From: a virus
Lineage: Duplodnaviria; Heunggongvirae; Uroviricota; Caudoviricetes
Strand: one strand, 5' to 3'
DNA: 17,306 nucleotides
Virus record (IMG/VR): IMGVR_UViG_3300019888_000209
Position 1 is the first letter of the stretch; every line of letters begins with the position of its first letter. Positions 1 to 6,961 of this stretch are shown here, in pieces. Under the pieces are notes generated by a model, which ran no database searches, was not told where the DNA came from, and saw only the letters and a list, made by a program, of their open reading frames with translations. The translations under genes and the position numbers were made by a program.

Positions 1-1113
1 GTGACAGTGAAAAACGAAGCGATGCGCGGCATTTATCGTCGCGGCCAGATTTACTGGCTGAACGCGCAAAAAAATAATAAACGGCAATGGATTTCGCTTC
101 ACACATCGGACCCCGCGGAAGCGATTCGCAAAGCCGCGCGGCATCGACAACAGCCGGAGATTACGAGCGGCGGACTCGTGATCGGGGACGTGATCGAAAG
201 GTTCGTGCGGGAAATGCGTAGCGCTCGCGAGCACGGTTCGCGCAACGGTTGGGCGCGGCGCACGGCTGATTCGAAAATTTATACGCTGCGTATGTTCGCC
301 GGTTTCGTTGGTCGGAAAATTCCCGATCGCGTGACCAGCGGAGACGTTAAAGATTTTTATGGCGAGCGACTTGAAGGCCGAAACGCGCAGACCGCCTACG
401 GCAATTACATGACGCTGCGTAGTTTTTTTAATTGGTGCTCGGACAAGCGGATCGTGCGGGAGAATCCGTGCCTCGCGATCAAAGTGGAAGCGCCGCCACG
501 CGCTGCGCGCAAGAATTTTTGTTCGCCGGAGTTGGTCGCGAAATTGATCGGCGAAGCTCCGCGGCTCGATCTCAAGTACGTCCTCTACTGCGGATTCCAC
601 GCCGGACTGCGATTCCTTGAGATCGTGGAGTCCGTGCCCTGGTGGTTCGATCTGGACCGCGCGAATCTTCATTTGCGCAAAACGCCTACTATAGACTTCA
701 AAGATTTGGAAGAACGAATTGTGCCAATGACGGGCGCGTTCCGAAAGTTCATCGCCGACGAGCACGGATTGCAGGAGCCGTTCATGCTGCACCCCGAGAT
801 CGTGAAGCACCGCAAGAATCGTTACCGCTGGGATTTCACGCGGCCGTTCCGCGAATACATGAAAGCGCAAGAGTGCGAGTGGGTGACGCCACACATCATG
901 CGTCACACGTTCGCGAGTTTGCTGGCTTCGATGGACCCGAAGCTGGGCGGCCCCAGCGATTTCGAAATCTGTAGCTGGATGGGTATCGACTTGCGCACGT
1001 ATCAGCGCACGTATGCCAAGCTGCGACCGCGCCGCGGCGCACTGGATAAGGCGTTTCAAGCGTCAAAGCCTTTCCACCGGTCGAGAGCTGCGTCGATCTC
1101 CGTACGATCGTAA
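1..1113 (+). CDS. int: Tyrosine recombinase / phage integrase
   Basis: N-terminal arm-binding-like segment (GIYRRGQIYW...ISLHTSD), catalytic Arg box (HAGLRFLEI), HxxR box (HIMRHTFAS) and C-terminal Tyr (RTYAKL). The true start may be the ATG at 22, or lie upstream of the window. Confidence 0.93.
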   Translation: MTVKNEAMRGIYRRGQIYWLNAQKNNKRQWISLHTSDPAEAIRKAARHRQQPEITSGGLVIGDVIERFVREMRSAREHGSRNGWARRTADSKIYTLRMFAGFVGRKIPDRVTSGDVKDFYGERLEGRNAQTAYGNYMTLRSFFNWCSDKRIVRENPCLAIKVEAPPRAARKNFCSPELVAKLIGEAPRLDLKYVLYCGFHAGLRFLEIVESVPWWFDLDRANLHLRKTPTIDFKDLEERIVPMTGAFRKFIADEHGLQEPFMLHPEIVKHRKNRYRWDFTRPFREYMKAQECEWVTPHIMRHTFASLLASMDPKLGGPSDFEICSWMGIDLRTYQRTYAKLRPRRGALDKAFQASKPFHRSRAASISVRS

Positions 1114-1253
1114 CGCACAAGACCCCTCTTCTTCACTCGCGGCTTCAACGGGCTTTGCATCTTCAGTAGCGCGTTAAAAACCGTGTCGCCGCCGGCATAA
1201 GCTTTCGCTTCGTCCGGACCAAGCATACGCGGCCATGCCATTATCGAGATCAT
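1056..1253 (-). CDS. Excisionase-like small DNA-binding protein (65 aa)
   Basis: WPRMLGPDEAKAYAG...VRYDRTEIDAALDRW matches the pattern of Xis/AlpA-like HTH proteins. Start reassigned to ATG 1253, which overlaps the upstream stop (ATGA, 1250-1253). Adjacent to int. Confidence 0.7.
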   Translation of the reverse strand: MISIMAWPRMLGPDEAKAYAGGDTVFNALLKMQSPLKPRVKKRGLVRYDRTEIDAALDRWKGFDA

Positions 1254-1450
1254 AAAGTGAATGCCGTGGCGTCGCCGAAGCAGTCTAGAGGCGCGGGAAA
1301 CCAAAAGTTCGTGAACACCATCACTTCGCCAGGGCGCCAATCTAGTCGATCCGACGTCAGATAGACGCTTCCCGATTTGATTTCCGCAGCGTCGCCGTTC
1401 GTGGCTACGAGCTTGAAGTCTTTTATGCAGCGGCGCTCGTAAGTTTTCAT
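1250..1450 (-). CDS. Hypothetical phage protein (66 aa)
   Basis: ATGA overlaps at both ends (1447-1450 and 1250-1253) place it in a coupled operon. Confidence 0.7.
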   Translation of the reverse strand: MKTYERRCIKDFKLVATNGDAAEIKSGSVYLTSDRLDWRPGEVMVFTNFWFPAPLDCFGDATAFTL

Positions 1451-2265
1451 GCGGCGACCGGTTCTTTTGCCTTTCCTAGATGTTCACCGAAATGTTCAAT
1501 GATCCGCCCTGGAATTTTACCCAGGCGCGGGTTATCGCGGTTAGCTATTACGTATTCGTAAACCTTTTCTATGTCTTCGCGCGGGACGCCGCGCACGACA
1601 TTTAGCGCGTTGATCATCAATTGTTCGTTTTGCGTGTATTCCGAGCTTTTGCGCAGCGGTTTGCCGCAGGCCCTATCGATCATCATGATCAGCGCCACCG
1701 CTTTTTTTGTTTCATCAGGAGTCGCCTGCACGTCCAGCGGCAACGCGAACTGCTTACCGCGGCCCTTAATCACATCCACCTGATGCGCGGCTTCGACTTC
1801 GATCTCCTTTGCGGTGCGCCTGGCGTTGCGCGCGATCGCGCCTTTTTGCTGCATCGTTTTGTGATGCGGAGAGAGGTGTGAGTTGAATTGCCAAAAATTA
1901 TTAAGGACTAGGCCCTCCGTTCCGAATCCGTCCATCCCGCGTCTCTCCAAACGGAGCACGCCAGCGGCCAGCGCGTTGCCAAGTAATTCACCGGGTTTCC
2001 CAGTCCAACCACAGAAATCTTCGATAATGAAGGTTAGTTCGCACTCGTTCCACACGATCATCGTCGCTTCCGGTAGCTCGCCTTCAGCCCTTGCCGGCAA
2101 GTCACGCAATTCGCGGTAATCGACTCCGGTAGTGGCCCAATCGACCCACATGCGAAAGAGGTACGCGAGAGCTTTGTCGGCATCGCCGATTGCGCGACAG
2201 AACCGGCGCGCGTCTTCACGCCGTTCGAAATCTATCGGGAAATGGAGCGCAGGCGTCAGGGCCAT
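1447..2265 (-). CDS. Hypothetical protein with an N-terminal domain resembling phage replisome-organiser/replication-initiator proteins (272 aa)
   Basis: Long ORF coupled to its neighbours. LFRMWVDWA...IEDFCGWTGKPGELLGNALAAGVL...LNNFWQFN resembles the N-terminal winged-helix region of phage initiator proteins. Function is inferred. Confidence 0.55.
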   Translation of the reverse strand: MALTPALHFPIDFERREDARRFCRAIGDADKALAYLFRMWVDWATTGVDYRELRDLPARAEGELPEATMIVWNECELTFIIEDFCGWTGKPGELLGNALAAGVLRLERRGMDGFGTEGLVLNNFWQFNSHLSPHHKTMQQKGAIARNARRTAKEIEVEAAHQVDVIKGRGKQFALPLDVQATPDETKKAVALIMMIDRACGKPLRKSSEYTQNEQLMINALNVVRGVPREDIEKVYEYVIANRDNPRLGKIPGRIIEHFGEHLGKAKEPVAA

Positions 2266-2462
2266 ATATTTCCTAGATAATCCACGCGGACACCCAGCTT
2301 GCCGAGCGTGCCAGAGGCGAGGTCACCTGCCGGTTTGTGCAGGGAGACGACGACGCGCCGCGACCTACAGATTGGGCACAACGGCCTGGCGATCGACTCG
2401 TCGATCGCCGCCAACGCCACGGAAAAGATGTGATCGCATTCCAGGAGGGCAAATAAGTTCAT
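2256..2462 (-). CDS. Small Zn-ribbon-like protein (68 aa)
   Basis: LECDHIF...LCPICRS provides Cys/His ligands. TGATG overlap with the upstream gene. Confidence 0.6.
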   Translation of the reverse strand: MNLFALLECDHIFSVALAAIDESIARPLCPICRSRRVVVSLHKPAGDLASGTLGKLGVRVDYLGNIWP

Positions 2463-2665
2463 CAGTATGATTTCGACACTTGTGTCGTAAATGGAATGCC
2501 GTCGCCCGTTACCGCTTGGGCGCGCCGGCCGGCGCCGAGCAATTCGGCGGCCATAGCTTCGGCATCCGTTTTGTTCTCGGCCGTGACCGTAAGCCGCGCG
2601 ATGATTGGAATTTCGATATGATAAACCCGCTCTTTCGTTTCCGCCGAGCCTGCTAGATCAATCAT
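2462..2665 (-). CDS. Hypothetical phage protein (67 aa)
   Basis: Start reassigned to ATG 2665 (ATGA overlap with the stop at 2662-2664). YHIEIPIIARLTVTAENKTDAEAMAAE is a beta-beta-alpha pattern common in small phage proteins. Confidence 0.6.
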   Translation of the reverse strand: MIDLAGSAETKERVYHIEIPIIARLTVTAENKTDAEAMAAELLGAGRRAQAVTGDGIPFTTQVSKSY

Positions 2666-2877
2666 TTCGCCGCGGCTTCGTTGACGATTTCTAGCCATTG
2701 GCTCGATGCCACGCGAATTGCCGGATCGGTGGAAAGCTTCCGCAGGTCGATCACGTGCTTGAGATGTCTTCGTATGGCCTCGAACGCCGATCGGTCCCTG
2801 GCTTCGCCGAATGTCTCAGGCTTGGCCGCCGTGGCGGGTTTTTGTTTCGTCGGTGCGTCGGCGGCTTCGAGTCCCAT
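2662..2877 (-). CDS. Hypothetical protein, first gene of the leftward early operon (71 aa)
   Basis: Start reassigned to ATG 2877 (MGLEAA...). The longer ORF in the track runs through an AT-rich control-like region. Confidence 0.55.
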   Translation of the reverse strand: MGLEAADAPTKQKPATAAKPETFGEARDRSAFEAIRRHLKHVIDLRKLSTDPAIRVASSQWLEIVNEAAAK

Positions 2878-2996
2878 TTTTGTAAGTTTTCTAAATTTGG
2901 AAGAACAGTTCCACATGAAACATATTTCGGTGCCACTCGTCAAATATTTTTAATTTGCTTTTTTAGGAAATCGCCGACCGTCCAACATTCCAAATT
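2878..2996. promoter_or_regulatory. AT-rich divergent control region between the early operon and the repressor
   Basis: Divergent gene starts; visibly AT-rich. TTGACG on the minus strand (2943-2938) with only a weak -10. Inverted repeats: TGGAA-N6-TTCCA (2898-2913), GAAA-N4-TTTC (2917-2928) and AATTTGGAA (2894-2902)/TTCCAAATT (2988-2996). Confidence 0.55.
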
Positions 2997-3485
2997 ATGG
3001 CGTTCCTCGGGAACTATATCGCCAGCGTTATCGCGGCTGAGCGTAAGGCTGGAAAAGACACCACGGCGGCTTCGATGGCCGCACGTATGGGCATTCGCCA
3101 CTCTATGATGTCGCGGTTTCTCAACGACCCGAAGCCGCGCGGCGTGCATCACGAAACGCTGGAAAGAATGTGCCGCGGCATCAGCGACGATCCAATCGTA
3201 CGTGCCGGTCTGCGCATCGCGTATCTCAAAGATCAAATCGGCACCGGACGCGACGCGACCCTGGTGCGCATCGGGCTCGATCGCGAGCCGCGCACGAGCG
3301 AGAGAGATGTCGGCGCGGACGCTTACGCCGCGTTTGCGCAGGTGGCCGAGCGTGTCGGACTGGACGCACAAACTGTAGCCGCTCTTGCGAAAATCATCGA
3401 GGCATCCGCATACTCGATACGCTTTCGCCGATGCGTCCGCGATCTGGCCGATATCGCGCGACAGGACATCCTGCCGCACCGCTAA
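2997..3485 (+). CDS. XRE/Cro-CI family HTH transcriptional regulator, probable repressor (162 aa)
   Basis: TAASMAARMGIRHSMMSRFLN...HHETLERMC is an XRE HTH pattern. Divergent from the early operon. No S24 peptidase domain recognised. Confidence 0.8.
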   Translation: MAFLGNYIASVIAAERKAGKDTTAASMAARMGIRHSMMSRFLNDPKPRGVHHETLERMCRGISDDPIVRAGLRIAYLKDQIGTGRDATLVRIGLDREPRTSERDVGADAYAAFAQVAERVGLDAQTVAALAKIIEASAYSIRFRRCVRDLADIARQDILPHR

Positions 3486-3487
3486 AT

Positions 3488-4228
3488 TTAGCGCCGCGCC
3501 GCGTAGATCACACCGAACGGAGCGCGTCTCGCTGGCGACGCCCTGGGTCGCGCCGGCTCGACACCATGCTTCGCTATCAGGTAAGGGCGCTCTCGCTGGG
3601 TAAGGTTGCCCTGGACTCTCGACGCGCTCCCATTCCAGTAACGCACCGCAACCAACGGCTCCCGGATGAATTCAGGCGCGCCATATTTCCGGTGCAACAG
3701 CCAGTAATAGTCGCAGTCAAGCCGTGTGCGCAATTGCGTATCGAAGTGAAACTCGTTCCGGCGCGTTGCCATTACCGATGGCATGCCAATGGTGTTATCG
3801 CCGAACAAAATATCATCGCTCCAAGACGGATGATGCGTCCTTCGTAATTGTCCTCGCTCATCCATGCTCGTGTAGCTGGCAACCACCCAATGCGCCCGGC
3901 CCAGGGCTTTCTCGAATCGGCGCAAGGCATACGGACTATAAAGCAGATCGTCCTGATACATTATCTTGATCAGATCCGATTCAGCGCGAGCGATCGCGTT
4001 GTTCGAGTTATTGGAAATCCCGAACGTTTCGTTATTCCGAATGTATCGCAGTTTTAACCGATCAAGGTAAGACGCGCAAAGCTGTTGAATCGCGTTATCA
4101 CGCGAGTTATCGCTCACCACCACTTCGAATTCGGCTTCGCATTGTGACACCAATGAATCGAGTAGCGCCGCGAGATACTTCGCGCCGAATCCGGCTTGTT
4201 CATAGGTGGGGATACAGACGGAAATCAT
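3488..4228 (-). CDS. Glycosyltransferase family 2 (GT-A fold)
   Basis: ISVCIPTYEQ, EVVVSDNS, IRNNETFGISNNSNNAI and IMYQDDLL are typical GT2 motifs. Confidence 0.92.
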   Translation of the reverse strand: MISVCIPTYEQAGFGAKYLAALLDSLVSQCEAEFEVVVSDNSRDNAIQQLCASYLDRLKLRYIRNNETFGISNNSNNAIARAESDLIKIMYQDDLLYSPYALRRFEKALGRAHWVVASYTSMDERGQLRRTHHPSWSDDILFGDNTIGMPSVMATRRNEFHFDTQLRTRLDCDYYWLLHRKYGAPEFIREPLVAVRYWNGSASRVQGNLTQRERPYLIAKHGVEPARPRASPARRAPFGVIYAARR

Positions 4229-4247
4229 TTATCCCGTGAAAGTTTTT

Positions 4248-4319
4248 AATCTGGAAGCCAGGAATCTACGAACCCTCTTACCCTCTTTTCTTTATTCCTG
4301 GTTTCGTGGTTTCCAGATT
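4248..4319. repeat. Imperfect inverted repeat with triple-unit arms (CCAGGAA/CCACGAA type)
   Basis: Left arm 4248-4273 AATCTGGAAGCCAGGAATCTACGAAC. Right arm 4294-4319, reverse complement AATCTGGAAACCACGAAACCAGGAAT. 20/26 match, 8-bp period, 20-nt pyrimidine-rich loop. Confidence 0.9.
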
Positions 4320-4343
4320 TATTCCGTTTCATGATCCGCGCGG

Positions 4344-4943
4344 TTAAATTCTGATAACTCCCAGGCCATAGCTTCCAGTCCTGTTTTCCCACTTCAAGCC
4401 TGTCTCGGCGCAGAACGCTTCCAGCGCCTTTGCCACCATGAAGCTTTCATAGCCTTCGGGATAGCCAGGCAACGCCGGCAATTCCGTATCGTGACAACAC
4501 GCGATCCCGCCGGGATTAACGCGCGGAACATACACGCGCAGTTCGGCCATGGTTTGCTCGTAAAAATGCGTGGTATCGATAAAAAGCATGTCGATCTTGT
4601 CCGGCTGCAGGCGCGCAACCTCCGGATCGAGATCGTCGCCGATGGTCAGACCCCAAATAGGGCTCACAAACCACCACTCAGGCACGCGCGGTTTCTCGAT
4701 ATCCACAGACCACAGATTGCCGCCAGACCGTTCTACCCCAGCCAGCAGCGCCGCGGTAGAAATACCCGATCGCACGCCCAGCTCGAGCACGCTCTTACTT
4801 TTCGCCGCGTGCTCATACAAAAACGGCAGATGCTCCTGGATGTCCGACCACGCAGCCAGCCGCTTTTCGTATTCGGACTGGAAAGAACCGAGAACCACGG
4901 ATGACACGGATGAGACGGATGTTGAATCAAAAGGCGGCTTCAT
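4344..4943 (-). CDS. Class I SAM-dependent methyltransferase (Methyltransf_24-like)
   Basis: VLELGVRSGIST (motif I) and IDMLFIDTTHFYE...VNPGGIACCHDT. Candidate RBS AGGAAG at 4956-4951. Confidence 0.9.
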   Translation of the reverse strand: MKPPFDSTSVSSVSSVVLGSFQSEYEKRLAAWSDIQEHLPFLYEHAAKSKSVLELGVRSGISTAALLAGVERSGGNLWSVDIEKPRVPEWWFVSPIWGLTIGDDLDPEVARLQPDKIDMLFIDTTHFYEQTMAELRVYVPRVNPGGIACCHDTELPALPGYPEGYESFMVAKALEAFCAETGLKWENRTGSYGLGVIRI

Positions 4944-4984
4944 TTTCTTTCTTCCTATCCGTGTTATTCGTGTAATCCGTGGTT
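4893..4984. repeat. Imperfect inverted repeat with triple 9-bp-unit arms (CACGGAT type)
   Basis: Arms 4893-4920 (AACCACGGATGACACGGATGAGACGGAT) and 4957-4984 (reverse complement AACCACGGATTACACGAATAACACGGAT). 24/28 match, 36-nt loop. Confidence 0.92.
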
Positions 4985-4992
4985 ATTCTTTT

Positions 4993-5655
4993 TCATTGCA
5001 CCTTCAGGTGACGATGCATTTTGTAGGTCGGATTATCGTAAAAATCGCCCCACACCATCTCCCTGATTTCAATGCCGAACTGGCGCGCCAGAAAAGGGAA
5101 TGAGTTCTGATCGAATGAGGACCACAGCAGGCACGCGTTCCACCAAGCATCGAAGAAACCGTTCATTTGAGCGTTGATCGGCCGGGCAAACAATCCACAC
5201 CACCAGAGCCCGAAGTCCGCCGGATGCCCGTGCTTCTTGTAAAAGTCGGCTTCGATCCGCATCACTTCGGGCGAATAGCGCGCCGCAAGATATTTGTCGC
5301 CGCTGGCGATTCCATCAACGACGAACGCGGCTTCCTCGTAGATGCAATTCCGGAACGGATGCCGAGCCACGGCGATATCAAATTTGCCGGCGCCAATAAT
5401 CTCCTCGACGAACGAAGGCGCCTTGATCTCCACGTTGGCGTCGATCCATACAACGTGTGTGTAGTGAGCAGGCAGAACCCTGTGCGCCTGGAGCTTGAAG
5501 TATTTGCTCTTCATCCGGGCATCGAGCTGATTAAACGGAAACGGGCAATTTTTCTCGCTGATCGCGAACGAATCGCACGACTCCGACTTCCACGGGAAGC
5601 GACGCGCCTCGTCGATTCCGCCAAATGAAGCTGTCAAAACGGCTATTTTTCCCAT
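4993..5655 (-). CDS. DUF616-like (TOD1/MUCI70 family) putative glycosyltransferase
   Basis: IAVLTASFGGID, KSKYFKLQAHRVL, VVWIDANV, ARHPFRNCIYEEA and AWW...FDQNSF follow the DUF616 motif order. Confidence 0.75.
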   Translation of the reverse strand: MGKIAVLTASFGGIDEARRFPWKSESCDSFAISEKNCPFPFNQLDARMKSKYFKLQAHRVLPAHYTHVVWIDANVEIKAPSFVEEIIGAGKFDIAVARHPFRNCIYEEAAFVVDGIASGDKYLAARYSPEVMRIEADFYKKHGHPADFGLWWCGLFARPINAQMNGFFDAWWNACLLWSSFDQNSFPFLARQFGIEIREMVWGDFYDNPTYKMHRHLKVQ

Positions 5656-5663
5656 TGAGATTT

Positions 5664-5704
5664 AATCTGGACAAGAGGGTTCATGGCTTCCTGGTTTCCA
5701 GATT
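5664..5704. repeat. Reduced member of the CCAGGAA-type inverted repeat family
   Basis: One full triple-unit arm, 5680-5704 (reverse complement AATCTGGAAACCAGGAAGCCATGAA), and a single-unit partner AATCTGGA (5664-5671), giving an 8-bp perfect terminal stem. Confidence 0.85.
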
Positions 5705-6489
5705 CATTTCTCCCACTTCGATTTGTCCGGGAATTGCTTTTCCAGCCAGGTCTTGAAGCCGCCGTTAACCAGTGCGCCATCGCTGTACGAAAAAAGAACG
5801 CGCCCCCTGATCTGGTCCTCGAAAACCCCATCATGGAAGAACCGGATCTTGCAGTCCTGCATGAACGGCCCCGGCGCCGGCAGAAGATTGTTCGCATAGA
5901 CGGAGTGAATCACGAAACCATGCCCGTCCGCGCGGCTGCGCTCCCACCACGGAGCCAGCGCCATATAATCCTTACGCCGATAAACGATCGGAAAATGAAC
6001 GTCGTAATCGAGCGCCGGTTTACCTGCCGCCATCAAGGCCGACGCGGTGGCCCGCAACGAATCACGATAAACCGTCGTCGCCGCAGAATTCGTGGCCGAA
6101 TTGAACAGCGGCCCCTGCTGAAAATAATCGAGAGCCCTGACATCCATCGGCGCGACGAGAACATAATCGTCATCAAAGACGGCTACCTCATCTGCGATGT
6201 CCGTGTTTGCGAAAGCCCAAAGAATCTTCCAAGCAATCCGCGCATCCCTATTTGAGCTAATCTCAGGCAGTCTAACAAGAGCCGATGATCCGTTAAGCCC
6301 GTGAGATATGTCCGCCTTGCGCCCGAAACTCGTTCCCGTGCTTATCTCATGGGCTAAAAATCCCGGATCTTCGCCTACAACAAAGACGCGATCATAGCCA
6401 GTGGCAAACCGATCGATCGATCTCAGGCAATAGCGCAGTTCATTATTCTGCCATCCGGTCTCAGTTCCTAATGGAATCAAAATATCCAT
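5704..6489 (-). CDS. Stealth-like (CR2) putative hexose-1-phosphate transferase
   Basis: ELRYCLRSID (6441-6412), RVFVVGEDPGFL and AVFDDDYVL (6177-6163) match the Stealth CR2 pattern ELRYSLRS...P.WL...F.Y.NDD. A later HFPIVY resembles CR3. Confidence 0.72.
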   Translation of the reverse strand: MDILIPLGTETGWQNNELRYCLRSIDRFATGYDRVFVVGEDPGFLAHEISTGTSFGRKADISHGLNGSSALVRLPEISSNRDARIAWKILWAFANTDIADEVAVFDDDYVLVAPMDVRALDYFQQGPLFNSATNSAATTVYRDSLRATASALMAAGKPALDYDVHFPIVYRRKDYMALAPWWERSRADGHGFVIHSVYANNLLPAPGPFMQDCKIRFFHDGVFEDQIRGRVLFSYSDGALVNGGFKTWLEKQFPDKSKWEK

Positions 6490-6498
6490 CGGAATTTA

Positions 6499-6582
6499 GC
6501 CACGGATTTACACGGATGAACACGGATCCAGATTCGGAATCATGAGTCTCACAATCTTGTGAACTTCGTGAACTTCGTGGTG
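6499..6582. repeat. Chimeric triple-unit inverted repeat (CACGGAT arm facing a CACGAAG arm)
   Basis: 6499-6527 GCCACGGATTTACACGGATGAACACGGAT; 6556-6582 CTTGTGAACTTCGTGAACTTCGTGGTG. Confidence 0.85.
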
Positions 6583-6591
6583 GAAATTCAC

Positions 6592-6936
6592 TTACTCCGA
6601 TGGAAGCGAGAACGCTCCGGTAGGCGGCGTCACCACAAAAGTAAACGTATAAATACGTTTCTGAGTACCGTCCGTTTGCGCGATCGTTTGCTGCTTAATC
6701 ACCATCTTAGCCGTTCTGTTTGCCGACTGCGCCTGCCACGCCACGTTCAATGCCTCACAGAAGGCAAAGACCACGTCCCGGATATCGCCGGTCGTCGCAT
6801 TAGCCTGCGCGTTCGTGAGCTGCTCCAGCAGCTTATTCGTAGATGCGTCATTCGTGTTGAACGTGATCAGTTTATTCGTGTCATCGACGGCGTATCCGGC
6901 GCCGAGCCACGTTGAAGGTTTAAGATCTGCCGCCAT
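6592..6936 (-). CDS. Hypothetical phage protein (114 aa), possibly tail-associated
   Basis: Clean ORF with plausible globular composition, in the same operon downstream of the tail-like genes. Function not recognised. Confidence 0.7.
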   Translation of the reverse strand: MAADLKPSTWLGAGYAVDDTNKLITFNTNDASTNKLLEQLTNAQANATTGDIRDVVFAFCEALNVAWQAQSANRTAKMVIKQQTIAQTDGTQKRIYTFTFVVTPPTGAFSLPSE

Positions 6937-6961
6937 CGCTTGCTTTGTCTTTCATAATTAT

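Noticed and set aside
1254-1340. N-terminal extensions given by the ORF track for 1056-1340, 2462-2698, 2662-2943 and 13770-14165
   Set aside because: Downstream starts give ATGA coupling or a strong RBS, while the extensions overlap other genes or control regions.
2940-3847. ORFs 2940-3479 (-) and 3170-3847 (+), and similar antisense or out-of-frame ORFs over genes elsewhere in the window
   Set aside because: They overlap better-supported genes, have Arg/Pro-rich shadow-frame composition and show no motifs.
4246-4332. 28-aa minus-strand mini-ORF (MKRNKSGNHETRNKEKRVRGFVDSWLPD) spanning the hairpin
   Set aside because: No clear RBS, and the peptide is just a translation of the repeat. The equivalent region at 13 kb uses different frames and lengths.
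4248-6582. Integron cassette array (hairpins as attC sites, with a tyrosine recombinase nearby)
   Set aside because: The hairpin ends lack the RYYYAAC...GTTRRRY cores (the closest case gives CGAGAAC...GTTATTC), the arms are tandem-unit repeats, and the recombinase looks like an arm-binding phage integrase.
6499-6582. CRISPR array
   Set aside because: Units are 8-10 bp and directly tandem, with no unique spacers and no cas genes.
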